64,000 nt of DNA from Prochlorococcus sp. AG-347-J20 (lineage in GTDB: Bacteria > Cyanobacteriota > Cyanobacteriia > PCC-6307 > Cyanobiaceae). How positions within the stretch are numbered: the first letter of the stretch is position 1; every line of letters begins with the position of its first letter. The translations under genes and the position numbers were made by a program. Positions 53,262 to 62,926 of the stretch are shown one piece after another. The DNA lies in NCBI GenBank assembly GCA_003281485.1, contig QCBW01000008.1, positions 2,925 through 66,924 on the forward strand. Reading direction: 5' to 3'. The notes beneath the pieces are model-generated. The model saw nothing but the letters and a program-made list of their open reading frames with translations. It was not told the origin of the DNA and made no database searches.

Positions 53262-54209
53262 TTATTTATTACTCAGATTAGCTCTGATATTTCTTCTCCA
53301 CATCCAAGGTTTGACTCTTTTCAATGTAGTACCTTTTAGCTTTTCTTCCCAAGTTTTATCATCCCAACTTAATGATTCAATATTTAGATTTTTAATCCAT
53401 TCTTTTGGAGTATTTTCAAAATTATCATTTAATGGCACTGATTTATTCCAAGGACATACATCTTGACAAATATCACATCCTGCAACCCATCCATTTAAAT
53501 TTTTTTCTATCTCTTTTGGAATTTTTTTTTCTCTACTTTCTATTGTGTGATACGCAATACAAAGGTTTGATTGTATTACAAAAGGTTCAATGATCGCCTT
53601 TGTGGGACAAAACTCAATACACTTATTACACTTTCCGCAAAGTGATGGATGAGGTTTATCAGGTTCTAGATCTTTTGTAAGAATTATGAAACCTAACGTA
53701 AACCAAGAACCGTTTTTCTTGCTAATTAAATTGCTATTTTTACCTATCCAACCAAGGCCAGATTCTTCAGCCCATGCTTTTTCAAGAAGTGGCGAAGTGT
53801 CAACACATATTTTCCATTTGCAATCTGAAATTTCTTGATTGATCCATCTACCAATATTCTTTAATTTTTTGTAAATGACTTTGTGATAATCCTCACCTTG
53901 ACCAAATTTTCCCACTTTGAAGATTTTATCTTGGCAGTTGTTTTCTGAACTAATATAAGCAAATCCAACGCTTAAGACACTTTTTGCACCTTCAAGAAGT
54001 GAGCTTATATTTTTCCTTTTTTCTGCTTCCATCCATTTCATTTCACCATGGTAGTTATTTGATAACCATCTATTTAATGCTTTGGTTCTTAATTCTAGAC
54101 GCGAACTGCCTGGAATTGAAGCAATACCACATATAGTAAAACCTTCAAAAATTGCTCTTTCTTTTAACTTTCTGCTTATTTCTTTTTTGTTGTTTTGGGA
54201 ATTATCCAT
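53262..54209 (-). CDS. queG: Epoxyqueuosine reductase
   Basis: Two 4Fe-4S ferredoxin motifs (CGKCNKCIEFCP, CDICQDVCPWN) in QueG-like architecture, with a C-terminal HEAT-like region. Confidence 0.88.
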   Translation of the reverse strand: MDNSQNNKKEISRKLKERAIFEGFTICGIASIPGSSRLELRTKALNRWLSNNYHGEMKWMEAEKRKNISSLLEGAKSVLSVGFAYISSENNCQDKIFKVGKFGQGEDYHKVIYKKLKNIGRWINQEISDCKWKICVDTSPLLEKAWAEESGLGWIGKNSNLISKKNGSWFTLGFIILTKDLEPDKPHPSLCGKCNKCIEFCPTKAIIEPFVIQSNLCIAYHTIESREKKIPKEIEKNLNGWVAGCDICQDVCPWNKSVPLNDNFENTPKEWIKNLNIESLSWDDKTWEEKLKGTTLKRVKPWMWRRNIRANLSNK

Positions 54210-54356
54210 TGCTTATATTATGTATAAATTTTACTTTTAAAAAATTTTTTAGTTAAGAAACTAATAAATAATCTTAATTTATTAAAAAAAAATCTATCCT
54301 AACCAAGTTAAAACAGTTAATTTATTAGTAAAGTTAATATAGTTAGAGAAATTATT

Positions 54357-55091
54357 TTGGTTGAATCTAATCAAAATCAAGATTCGAACCTAGGATCTAG
54401 GCTTCAACAGGATCTAAAAAATGATCTTATAGCTGGATTATTAGTTGTAATTCCATTGGCGACAACTATATGGCTTTCATCATTAGTTAGTAAATTTGTC
54501 TTATCTTTAGTTACTTCTGTCCCTAAGCAATTAAATCCATTTATAACTCTCAATCCTTTATTACAAGATTTAATTAATCTTACTTTGGGACTAACTGTTC
54601 CTTTATTAGCAATTTTGCTTATAGGATTAATGGCAAGAAATTTTGTTGGAAGATGGTTATTAGAATTTGGAGAAGGAACTTTATCAAAAATTCCTGTAGC
54701 AGGAGCAGTTTATAAAACTCTTAAACAGTTGCTTGAAACTTTTTTAAGTAATAAATCAAATCGATTTAGAAGAGTTGTTCTTGTTGAATATCCAAGAGAA
54801 GGACTTTATAGCGTAGGATTTGTAACTGGTGATGTTGGTCCCACACTGCAGCCAGAATTGGAAGAAAAGCTTTTAAGTGTTTTTATACCTACAGCACCAA
54901 ACCCTACAACTGGGTGGTATACATTGGTTCCTGAATCTTCTGTTAAGGAGTTGGATATTTCTGTTGAAGATGCCTTTAGAACGATAATTTCAGCTGGGAT
55001 AGTAAATCCTGATGAGAAAAACAATACTACAAATCCATCTTTCTCAAAATTATTTTCTCAATTACGTGCTTCTACCAATACTTCCTCTTAA
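54357..55091 (+). CDS. DUF502-family membrane protein
   Basis: Two N-terminal TM helices and the conserved IPTAPNPTTGW motif. TTG start taken from the ORF track. Confidence 0.7.
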   Translation: MVESNQNQDSNLGSRLQQDLKNDLIAGLLVVIPLATTIWLSSLVSKFVLSLVTSVPKQLNPFITLNPLLQDLINLTLGLTVPLLAILLIGLMARNFVGRWLLEFGEGTLSKIPVAGAVYKTLKQLLETFLSNKSNRFRRVVLVEYPREGLYSVGFVTGDVGPTLQPELEEKLLSVFIPTAPNPTTGWYTLVPESSVKELDISVEDAFRTIISAGIVNPDEKNNTTNPSFSKLFSQLRASTNTSS

Positions 55092-55094
55092 TAG

Positions 55095-55724
55095 ATGCAT
55101 AATAATAAATCACTCGCCAGAGAATTATCTTTAATTTCTTTAGGCTTGATAAATGACAAAGTTGATTTTAGGCTAAATAAATTTCAGATTGAAGAGGTTT
55201 TTGAATCTGCTTTAGATTCTCTAATAAATCATTGCAGAGATGAATTAGATAATTGCGAAACAGAGTTAGAAAATGCATCCCAAAAAATATTGGATAGTGA
55301 ATTACAAGATGGCGTAGAATCTTCTTTTGCAAATGTTAGAGAAGATTTAAAAATATCTTTAAAAAAAATTGAAACTGTTATGAATACACTCTCAGTAACT
55401 TTAGACTTTCCAAAATTAATATTGTCAAGTGGTCAAATTGATATTAGAGAAGATATTAATCAAAGAATTAGCAATGTTATGAATAACATTGCAAGTATTG
55501 ATTCTGATATTGATCAAGCAATGGATGGATGGAGATTAAAAAGATTGCCTAGAATAGATCGAGATATTTTGCGTTTAGCTTATGTAGATATTAATTTTTT
55601 AAGCACACCTATTGCCGTTGCTTGCGATGAGGCTGTTAATTTAGCAAATAAATATAGTGATCTACAAGGAAGAAAATTTATCAATGGAGTTCTAAGAAGA
55701 TTACAAACAGCAAAATCGCAATGA
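55095..55724 (+). CDS. nusB: Transcription antitermination factor NusB
   Basis: C-terminal RIDRDILRLA...DEAVNLAKKYS-type motifs and GFINGVLRR-like FINGVLRRL. It has the long insertion typical of cyanobacterial NusB. Confidence 0.85.
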   Translation: MHNNKSLARELSLISLGLINDKVDFRLNKFQIEEVFESALDSLINHCRDELDNCETELENASQKILDSELQDGVESSFANVREDLKISLKKIETVMNTLSVTLDFPKLILSSGQIDIREDINQRISNVMNNIASIDSDIDQAMDGWRLKRLPRIDRDILRLAYVDINFLSTPIAVACDEAVNLANKYSDLQGRKFINGVLRRLQTAKSQ

Positions 55725-55783
55725 TTTTTGGATATAAACTTATAATATTTTAAAATTTATGATAATAGAATTTAAAAATATCA

Positions 55784-57043
55784 ATGACAAATAATAGTTC
55801 TGATAATTCTCGAGAATGGGCTGCACAAGCGTATGCACTTTTAAAAAAGAGGCAGGAAGAGCAAAAACAAGAATTAAAGAGGGAAGAAGAGCAAAAACAA
55901 GAATTAAAGAGGCAGGAAGAGCAAAAACAAGAATTAAAGAGGCAGGAAGAGCAAAAACAAGAATTAATAGATAATGATAGTAGGGATAAACTTGTTAAAC
56001 CTCTTAAAAAGATCGATGAACCCGAATTAGGTGAATTCGATGATAATTTTACTTGGTCAGCAATGTTATTAGCTGCTCAAGGGAAAAAAATAAATCAAAT
56101 ATCGATAGATGAAATTGATTGGTTAACGAAACTAAGAAGAGGATTAGAAGAAACACGAAAAGGATTTGTTACTGAATTATTGGATAAATTAGGAGATGAT
56201 CCTCTTACTCCTGAATCTCTTGATGAATTAGAGACCTTATTAATAAGAGCTGATGTCGGGATTAATTCAACTGATAAAGTTATTAGCTCTCTTAGAAAAA
56301 AATTAAATGAAGAAGTTTTAGGGGGAGAAGCAGGAATAAAATTTTTGAAGAACGAATTAAAATCTATTATCGATAAACCAATAAAAAATTCAGGTAATGA
56401 GCTTTTAGTTCCTCAAAAAGGTAAGTTAAATATTTGGCTCTTGGTAGGAGTGAATGGCGTTGGCAAAACTACCACATTAGGAAAATTAGCATATTTATCA
56501 TCAAGGAGTAATTATAAAACCTTGATAGCTGCCGCTGATACTTTTAGAGCTGCCGCAGTTGAACAATTAAAAGTCTGGGGCGATAGGAGTAATGTTGATG
56601 TTATATCTAATAAATCTAAAAATGCTGATCCAGCCGCTGTTGTATTTGATGCGATAAATTCTGCAAAAAAAAGAAATGCTGACTTACTATTAGTTGATAC
56701 AGCAGGTAGATTGCAAACAAAAAATAATTTGATGGATGAATTAGCAAAAATTAAAAAAATTATTGATAAAAAGGCGCCAGATTCAATAGTTGAATCATTA
56801 TTAGTTTTAGATGCAAGTCAAGGTCAAAATGGCTTAAAACAAGCAAAAAGTTTTGCTAAATCAGCAAAATTAAGTGGGGCAATTATTACTAAATTGGATG
56901 GCACATCTAGAGGTGGAGTTTCTTTAGCTGTTGCTGAAGAAGTTAATTTGCCTATAAGATTTATTGGTGCAGGAGAAGGTATAAAAGATTTGAGACCTTT
57001 TAATAGTTTTGAATTTATTGAGGCAATGCTTGCAGATAAATAA
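55784..57043 (+). CDS. ftsY: Signal recognition particle receptor FtsY
   Basis: NG domain with GVNGVGKTTT, DTAGRL and TKLDG motifs. The N-terminal charged A-domain contains the tandem repeat. Confidence 0.93.
   Translation: MTNNSSDNSREWAAQAYALLKKRQEEQKQELKREEEQKQELKRQEEQKQELKRQEEQKQELIDNDSRDKLVKPLKKIDEPELGEFDDNFTWSAMLLAAQGKKINQISIDEIDWLTKLRRGLEETRKGFVTELLDKLGDDPLTPESLDELETLLIRADVGINSTDKVISSLRKKLNEEVLGGEAGIKFLKNELKSIIDKPIKNSGNELLVPQKGKLNIWLLVGVNGVGKTTTLGKLAYLSSRSNYKTLIAAADTFRAAAVEQLKVWGDRSNVDVISNKSKNADPAAVVFDAINSAKKRNADLLLVDTAGRLQTKNNLMDELAKIKKIIDKKAPDSIVESLLVLDASQGQNGLKQAKSFAKSAKLSGAIITKLDGTSRGGVSLAVAEEVNLPIRFIGAGEGIKDLRPFNSFEFIEAMLADK
55849..55968 (+). repeat. 4 x 30-bp in-frame tandem repeat (unit GAGGCAGGAAGAGCAAAAACAAGAATTAAA; encodes RQEEQKQELK x4) inside ftsY
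   Basis: Counted directly. The units are 55849-55878, 55879-55908 (2 substitutions), 55909-55938 and 55939-55968 (last base differs). Confidence 0.92.
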
Positions 57044-57110
57044 ATATTTAATTAAATTTTTTTAAAAATTAAAATTTAATGTTAAAACTTATTTATCTAA
57101 TGAATTTGTT

Positions 57111-58454
57111 GTGACAAATAATCAAAAAGAAAAATTATTTTCAAACAAATTTATTCAAAAATTTTTAGATAATGAACCTCCTATATCTTTAAATAATCAA
57201 CATAAATTCGCTGAAATTGCATCTTCACTAGCATATTATTTAAAATCGTTTTCCAATATCAATAAATTATTAGATCTTATTTGCTTAATTTTTAAACATA
57301 TCTTTTATGAAAAAATTATATTAATAATACCTTTAAATTACGATGGAGAAATATGGCATGAAAATATAAAAATTTCTGCTAATAATGATTATTTACCGAT
57401 CCGAGAAGAAATCAATAGTTTTTTTTATCAATTTAATTTTTCTAAAAAATTTAAAATAAAAGAAATATTAAATTTTGAAAATACATTAAGAAATAATTTT
57501 AAACAATATAAAATCGAATCGAAAAAAATTGTATCTAGAGGTAAATGTAGAGGATTTACTTATGTTTTTAGCGAAAATTTATCCTCCGACTCAATAACTA
57601 AAGATAATAACTTTACTTTTATACATAATTGCCTTGCCGTTGGATTAGAAAACTATTGTTTAATAAAAACAAATAAAAAACATGAGAATGTAGATAGAGA
57701 AATTTCTACTGGAGCTGAAATACAATCTCAACTACTTCCAGACTATTGCCCAATTGTTTATGGTGTAGATCTTGCTGCACATTGTAGACCCGCTCTTCAG
57801 CTGGGCGGAGATTATTATGATTTTATGTGTTTAAAGACGAATATTTCAGAAAAGAGAAAGGAAAAAGCTAGATGGGCACTTGTAATAGGTGATGTTATGG
57901 GTAAAGGGATTCCAGCGGGACTTTTAATGACCATGTTAAGAGGAATGCTGCGTGCAGAGGTTCTTACAGGTTTACCCCCAGATAGGATTTTGCATGATTT
58001 AAATCAATTGGCCATAAATGATTTAGATCAGTCTCATAGATTTGTGACCTTATTTTATTCAGATTATGACCCTAGAACTAGAAAATTAAGATTTTCTAAT
58101 GCAGCACATAATCCTCCTTTGCTTTGGAAAAGTTCTGAGCAGAAAATTATAAAATTAGATACAGAAGGGCTTGTACTTGGATTACAAAAAGATGCTGAAT
58201 ATAACTGTAGTGAAATTAAGCTTAATGAGAATGATTTAATTCTTTATTACACTGATGGAGTAATCGATACTTCTAATTCTTTAGGAGAAAGATTTGATGA
58301 AGAAAGGTTAATTAAAACTCTCACTAAATTATGTAAGCAAACCTATACATCTCAAGAAATTTTAAATAAATTATTTAAAAAATTGGACGATTTTACAGGA
58401 CAAAATAGACACTTAGAAGATGATGCATCTATGATTGTTTTTCAAATGAAATAG
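57111..58454 (+). CDS. PP2C/SpoIIE-type serine phosphatase (RsbU-like) with an unassigned N-terminal domain
   Basis: The C-terminal about 240 aa carry PPM/SpoIIE motifs (GGDYYDF, IGDVMGKGIPAG, YTDGV, EDDASMIVF). I cannot assign the N-terminal about 200 aa. GTG start taken from the ORF track. Confidence 0.85.
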   Translation: MTNNQKEKLFSNKFIQKFLDNEPPISLNNQHKFAEIASSLAYYLKSFSNINKLLDLICLIFKHIFYEKIILIIPLNYDGEIWHENIKISANNDYLPIREEINSFFYQFNFSKKFKIKEILNFENTLRNNFKQYKIESKKIVSRGKCRGFTYVFSENLSSDSITKDNNFTFIHNCLAVGLENYCLIKTNKKHENVDREISTGAEIQSQLLPDYCPIVYGVDLAAHCRPALQLGGDYYDFMCLKTNISEKRKEKARWALVIGDVMGKGIPAGLLMTMLRGMLRAEVLTGLPPDRILHDLNQLAINDLDQSHRFVTLFYSDYDPRTRKLRFSNAAHNPPLLWKSSEQKIIKLDTEGLVLGLQKDAEYNCSEIKLNENDLILYYTDGVIDTSNSLGERFDEERLIKTLTKLCKQTYTSQEILNKLFKKLDDFTGQNRHLEDDASMIVFQMK

Positions 58455-58517
58455 ATAATTTTTGTCACATATATAAAAAAATGCTTTATTAGAGATATCT
58501 TACGTCACTCAATTAAT

Positions 58518-59897
58518 ATGGCAAAAGTTTGGAGTAAAAGGTTTGATAATACGCTTAATCCTTTCATAGAAAAGTTTAACGCTTCAATTGGTTTTGATAG
58601 AAAACTTTTTTTAGAGGATCTAGATTGTTCCATTGCTCATGCAAAAATGCTTGGTAAAACAAATGTCTTATCTTCTTCTGAAACATTAGAAATTATTAAT
58701 GGTTTAAAGTTGATAAAAGTTGAGTATTTGGAGGGTAAATTTTTTCCAAGTCCACCTTCAGAAGATATTCATTATTGTATTGAAGAAAAACTTATTAGCT
58801 TAATTGGTGAAACTGGGAAAAAATTACACACAGGAAGAAGTAGAAATGATCAAGTTGGTACAGATATAAGATTATGGCTAAGAAAAGAAATTGATAATCT
58901 TGAAATTTTAATAACTGATTTGCAAAAATCTTTTTTAAATCTTGCTCAGTCAAATATATATACCTTAATTCCTGGATATACGCATATGCAAAGGGCACAA
59001 CCATTATCTTTAGCTCATCATTTACTAGCTTACTTAGAAATGTTCCAAAGAGATCGCGAAAGGTTGAAAGAAGTTAGATCAAGAGTCAATATTTCTCCTT
59101 TAGGCTCAGCAGCATTAGCAGGCACAAAAATAAAAATTGACAGGAAATTTACTGCTGCAGAATTGGGATTTGAAAAGATTTATAAAAATAGTATTGATGC
59201 AGTGAGTGACAGAGATTTTTGTATAGAGTTTGTTTCTGCTTCTGCTTTAGTAATGTCACATTTGAGTAAAATTTCGGAGGAAATAATTTTATGGGTAACT
59301 GATGAGTTTTCGTTTGCAAAATTAACAGATAAATGTGCAACCGGCAGCAGCTTAATGCCACAGAAAAAAAATCCAGATGTTCCAGAATTAATAAGAGGTA
59401 AAACTGGAAGAGTATATGGACATCTTCAAGCATTGTTAACTATGGTTAAAGGGGTGCCACTCGCCTACAATAAGGACTTTCAAGAAGATAAAGAGCCAAT
59501 ATTTGATACGGCTGAGACATTATCTTCTTGTGTCAAAGCAATGACCATATTAATTAATGAGGGTTTAGAGTTTAATTTTGAGAATTTATCTAATTCTGTA
59601 GAGAATGATTTTTCTAATGCTACTGATTTAGCAGATTACTTGGTCAGTAAAGAGGTTCCTTTCAGGACTGCCTATCAAGTAGTTGGTGAAATTGTTAAAT
59701 ACTGCTTAGAAAGAAAAATTTTATTTAAAAATCTCAAAATTGATGAATTTAAAAAATTTCATCCGGAATTTGATGAAGATGTTTTTGTTGATTTGGAACC
59801 ATTTAATGTCGTGAAATCTAGGACTAGTTTAGGTGGAACAGGTTTCACACAAGTAGAAATGGAGGTAAAAACTTGGCAGAAAAAATTGTTCCCTTGA
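58518..59897 (+). CDS. argH: Argininosuccinate lyase
   Basis: 459 aa. Fumarate-lyase signature [12 protein letters not shown] and the TGRSRNDQV motif. Confidence 0.96.
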   Translation: MAKVWSKRFDNTLNPFIEKFNASIGFDRKLFLEDLDCSIAHAKMLGKTNVLSSSETLEIINGLKLIKVEYLEGKFFPSPPSEDIHYCIEEKLISLIGETGKKLHTGRSRNDQVGTDIRLWLRKEIDNLEILITDLQKSFLNLAQSNIYTLIPGYTHMQRAQPLSLAHHLLAYLEMFQRDRERLKEVRSRVNISPLGSAALAGTKIKIDRKFTAAELGFEKIYKNSIDAVSDRDFCIEFVSASALVMSHLSKISEEIILWVTDEFSFAKLTDKCATGSSLMPQKKNPDVPELIRGKTGRVYGHLQALLTMVKGVPLAYNKDFQEDKEPIFDTAETLSSCVKAMTILINEGLEFNFENLSNSVENDFSNATDLADYLVSKEVPFRTAYQVVGEIVKYCLERKILFKNLKIDEFKKFHPEFDEDVFVDLEPFNVVKSRTSLGGTGFTQVEMEVKTWQKKLFP

Positions 59898-60014
59898 TTC
59901 TGAGTTATTTTTCTACAACAAGGGTATGCTTTAAAGTAGAATAGTATAGCAATGAGATAAAACTATTTTTTATGGTTTTGTTAATTAAGTAAATTTTTCT
60001 TTGTTGAGTTTAAA

Positions 60015-60578
60015 GTGAGTATTTTTGTTGGCAATTTGCCCTTCCGTGCAGAGCGCGAAGATGTTCTTCAGTTATTTACCCCTTTTGGTGAAGTTCTAAA
60101 TTGTTCTCTTCCTCTTGAAAGAGATACTGGGCGAAAGAGGGGATTTGCATTTGTAGAGATGGCTGATGAGGCAATCGAGTCAACAGCTATTGATGGTTTA
60201 CAAGGCTCAGAACTTATGGGTAGACCATTAAGAATTAATAAGGCTGAGCCGAGAGGTTCTGCTGGTTCACGAAGAGGGGGACGTGGCGGTAATAATGGCG
60301 GTTATGGTGGAGGCGGTAATAATGGAAGTTACGGGGGCGGCTATGGCGGCGGCGGTAATAATGGAAGTTATGGTGGAGGCGGTAATAATGGAAGTTATGG
60401 TGGCGGTTATGGCGGTGGCGGTAATAATGGCGGTTATGGCGGCGGCGGAAAGTCTTCGGGTGCACAAGGTTGGGAAGATAGAAGTTATGGAAACTCCTCT
60501 GAAAATTCTGAATATGAAAGTAGCAGAAGTAGAAGAAGAAGGGGAGTTTCTAGTGATGGTAATACCCCAAATGAGTGA
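60015..60578 (+). CDS. RRM-type RNA-binding protein with a Gly/Asn/Tyr-rich C-terminal tail
   Basis: RNP2 IFVGNL and RNP1 RGFAFVEM, followed by repeated GGNNG[GS]YGG units. GTG start taken from the ORF track. Confidence 0.9.
   Translation: MSIFVGNLPFRAEREDVLQLFTPFGEVLNCSLPLERDTGRKRGFAFVEMADEAIESTAIDGLQGSELMGRPLRINKAEPRGSAGSRRGGRGGNNGGYGGGGNNGSYGGGYGGGGNNGSYGGGGNNGSYGGGYGGGGNNGGYGGGGKSSGAQGWEDRSYGNSSENSEYESSRSRRRRGVSSDGNTPNE
60285..60448 (+). repeat. Imperfect in-frame tandem repeat (GGCGGTAATAATGG[AC][AG]GTTATGG... units) encoding (GGNNG[GS]YGG) about 6 times
   Basis: Read directly. It is a locally GC-rich patch in an AT-rich genome, and it generates three spurious ORFs on other frames and the opposite strand. 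Confidence 0.85.
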
Positions 60579-60580
60579 AA

Positions 60581-61585
60581 TTAATAACCCATTTCTTCAA
60601 GCCTAGAAGTTAATTTAAGAAGATATTTAATATCTAGTTCATTTTTTATGGACTTAGTGGAAATTTCATTTCTCCACACTTTCGCTTTGGGAATGCCTTC
60701 GACAAGATTTATAAGATGTTTACAAATATCCCATGATTTTCCGCCATTACTTAAATGTTTTTCTATGTATGGAATCAAGGAGAAGATAATACTAGAAGCA
60801 GATTTAGGTTTTGAATGTATTCCATAAACTCTTTGATCAATTTCTGACCATCTTAAGGGGTGTTTATAGACCGCTCTTCCAATCATTACACCATCAAAAT
60901 CACTAAGGGCTTTTATTGATTCATCGATATTCTTGAACCCCCCATTGATTTCTATTAATATTTCTGGATTTATTTTTTTTAATTTTTTTACAACATCATA
61001 TCTAAGCGGAGGTATTGTTCTGTTTTGCCTTGGATTAAGTCCTTTTAATATGGCTTTCCTTGCATGGACTGTAAATCTGCCTGCCCCAGCATTTGCAACA
61101 TCTCTTACGAAATTATTTAAATTTAAGAAACTATCATTGTTGTCTACTCCGATTCTATGTTTAATCGTAACTGGCAGGCTACAGTTATTCCTGAGGGATT
61201 CTATGCATTGTGCTACTTTCTTAGGATCTGACATCAATGATGCGCCAAAATTTCCAGAACATACTCTTGGACTTGGGCAACCAACATTAAAGTTTATTTC
61301 GTCATAACCCCAATCCTCTGCCATTCGGGCAGCATCTTTGAGTATCTCTGGATTATCTCCACCAAATTGAATCGATAACGGGTGTTCTTCGTTATTAAAA
61401 TCTAAAAATTTTTCTCTTTGATTTGTATAAATTAAACTTTGAGCCACAATCATTTCCGTATATAGAAGAGCCTTAGAACTAATTTTTCTCATTATCATTC
61501 TGAAATGTTTATCAGTACAATCCATCATTGGAGCAATACTTAATTTATGAATATTTTTAATAGAATCAGGATGTATGGAACTCAT
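60581..61585 (-). CDS. dusA: tRNA-dihydrouridine synthase A
   Basis: 334 aa. Dus TIM-barrel with SIAPMMDCTD, the NFNVGCP catalytic Cys and a VHARKA motif. Confidence 0.92.
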   Translation of the reverse strand: MSSIHPDSIKNIHKLSIAPMMDCTDKHFRMIMRKISSKALLYTEMIVAQSLIYTNQREKFLDFNNEEHPLSIQFGGDNPEILKDAARMAEDWGYDEINFNVGCPSPRVCSGNFGASLMSDPKKVAQCIESLRNNCSLPVTIKHRIGVDNNDSFLNLNNFVRDVANAGAGRFTVHARKAILKGLNPRQNRTIPPLRYDVVKKLKKINPEILIEINGGFKNIDESIKALSDFDGVMIGRAVYKHPLRWSEIDQRVYGIHSKPKSASSIIFSLIPYIEKHLSNGGKSWDICKHLINLVEGIPKAKVWRNEISTKSIKNELDIKYLLKLTSRLEEMGY

Positions 61586-61607
61586 TACTTTTTATGTGAG
61601 TAAATAT

Positions 61608-62102
61608 ATGAATCAATTTTTATCAAGAAGAACTTTTATTCTAATTCCTACTATGTCAATACTAAAAACATTTTTTAAGCCTATGCAAGTTTTAGCTTCT
61701 TCGATTGCTTCTAAAGAGGAGTGGAATTTATCAAAAGAAGAATGGAAATCTAGGCTAAGTCCAGAATCCTATTATATTTTGAGGGAGGAAGGCACTGAAA
61801 GAGCTTTCAGTAGCGAATTAAATAATGAGAAAAGAAAAGGGACTTTTCACTGCGCTGGATGTGATTTACCACTTTTTCTCTCAGATAAAAAGTTTGATAG
61901 TGGCACTGGATGGCCAAGCTTTTGGGATCCAATTCAAGGATCAGTTGCAACAAAAGTTGATTTTAAGTTGATTGTTCCAAGAACCGAATATCACTGCTCT
62001 AGATGCGGAGGTCACCAAGGACACGTTTTTAATGATGGGCCACTTCCTACAGGTAAAAGATACTGTAATAACGGATTAGCATTAAGGTTTGTTCCTGAGT
62101 AA
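61608..62102 (+). CDS. msrB: Peptide-methionine (R)-S-oxide reductase MsrB with an N-terminal twin-arginine signal
   Basis: SelR domain with two CxxC pairs (CAGCDLP, CSRCGGH) and the catalytic RYCNNG. The start was trimmed from 61575 (which would overlap the divergent dusA) to ATG 61608. Confidence 0.9.
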   Translation: MNQFLSRRTFILIPTMSILKTFFKPMQVLASSIASKEEWNLSKEEWKSRLSPESYYILREEGTERAFSSELNNEKRKGTFHCAGCDLPLFLSDKKFDSGTGWPSFWDPIQGSVATKVDFKLIVPRTEYHCSRCGGHQGHVFNDGPLPTGKRYCNNGLALRFVPE

Positions 62103-62109
62103 GAATTTG

Positions 62110-62133
62110 TGCGGCCTTCCGCAACTTGTTTTG
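62110..62133 (+). terminator. Possible intrinsic terminator after msrB
   Basis: TGCGG-CCTT-CCGCA is a 5-bp GC-rich stem with a tetraloop, followed by ACTTGTTTTG. It lies 8 nt after the msrB stop. The stem is short and the U-tract interrupted, so this is tentative. Confidence 0.4.
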
Positions 62134-62177
62134 TGCATCACTTTATTGGAAAATAGTTTTATTAAATTTTTAGAAAA

Positions 62178-62897
62178 ATGATTGAAAATCAATCAGACAA
62201 TATTGATATTAAAGAAAATGATGTTTCTAATCAGGATAATGTCCCTGAGGATGCTTCTTCTGCTGAAGATAAAATAATCGAAAATGATGAATTATCAACA
62301 GAAAAAAAAGAAGAATTAAATACCGAAGAATTAAAAAATACTATCTCCAACAATGATGCAAGGTTAGAACAGTTAGAAAAAGAGCATGAAACATTAAAAA
62401 ATCAATATGTAAGAATTTCAGCAGATTTTGATAATTTTAGAAAAAGGCAGTCTAGAGATCAGGATGATTTAAAAGTCCAACTTGTTTCTAAAACTTTAAC
62501 TGCAATACTCCCAATCGTTGATAATTTTGAAAGAGCAAGACAACAACTCAAACCAGAAAGTGACGAAGCTCAAGCCCTTCATAGAAGTTATCAAGGATTG
62601 TATAAACAATTGGTAGAAGTTTTAAAACAACAAGGAGTTGCCCCCATGAGAGTTGTTGGCCAGCCATTTGATCCAAATTTGCATGAAGCTGTATTAAGAG
62701 AGCCGAGTGAAGAGTTTAAAGAAGATTTTATTGTGGAAGAATTACAGCGAGGATATCATTTAGAGGGGAAGGTTTTGAGACATGCTTTGGTTAAAGTTTC
62801 CATGGGGCCAGGTAAACAAAATTCACAAGATGAAGTAGAAAAGGATACAGTTGAGGAGAGTATTGATTCAGAGGAGAATACTTCTGAAGATGTATAA
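62178..62897 (+). CDS. grpE: Nucleotide exchange factor GrpE
   Basis: 239 aa. Acidic N-terminus, coiled coil, and the DNFRKR and FDPNLHEAV motifs. Confidence 0.93.
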   Translation: MIENQSDNIDIKENDVSNQDNVPEDASSAEDKIIENDELSTEKKEELNTEELKNTISNNDARLEQLEKEHETLKNQYVRISADFDNFRKRQSRDQDDLKVQLVSKTLTAILPIVDNFERARQQLKPESDEAQALHRSYQGLYKQLVEVLKQQGVAPMRVVGQPFDPNLHEAVLREPSEEFKEDFIVEELQRGYHLEGKVLRHALVKVSMGPGKQNSQDEVEKDTVEESIDSEENTSEDV

Positions 62898-62926
62898 ATT
62901 CCAAATTTTTACTTGAGCGTTGTTTA

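Noticed and set aside
55849-55968. Regularly spaced 30-bp repeats considered as a possible CRISPR-like array
   Set aside because: The repeats are contiguous with no spacers, in frame, and inside ftsY. This is a coding tandem repeat, not a CRISPR array.
60235-60606. Three ORFs (60235..60465 minus, 60267..60467 minus, 60283..60606 plus) with bizarre repetitive products (HRH/YYR, ITA, VMA repeats)
   Set aside because: They are alternative readings of the GGNNGSYGG-encoding tandem repeat in the RRM protein gene. Repeats without stop codons stay open in several frames.
62103-62177. CIRCE/HrcA operator upstream of grpE-dnaJ, and upstream of dnaK (29397..29513)
   Set aside because: No TTAGCACTC-N9-GAGTGCTAA-like inverted repeat is present in either region.
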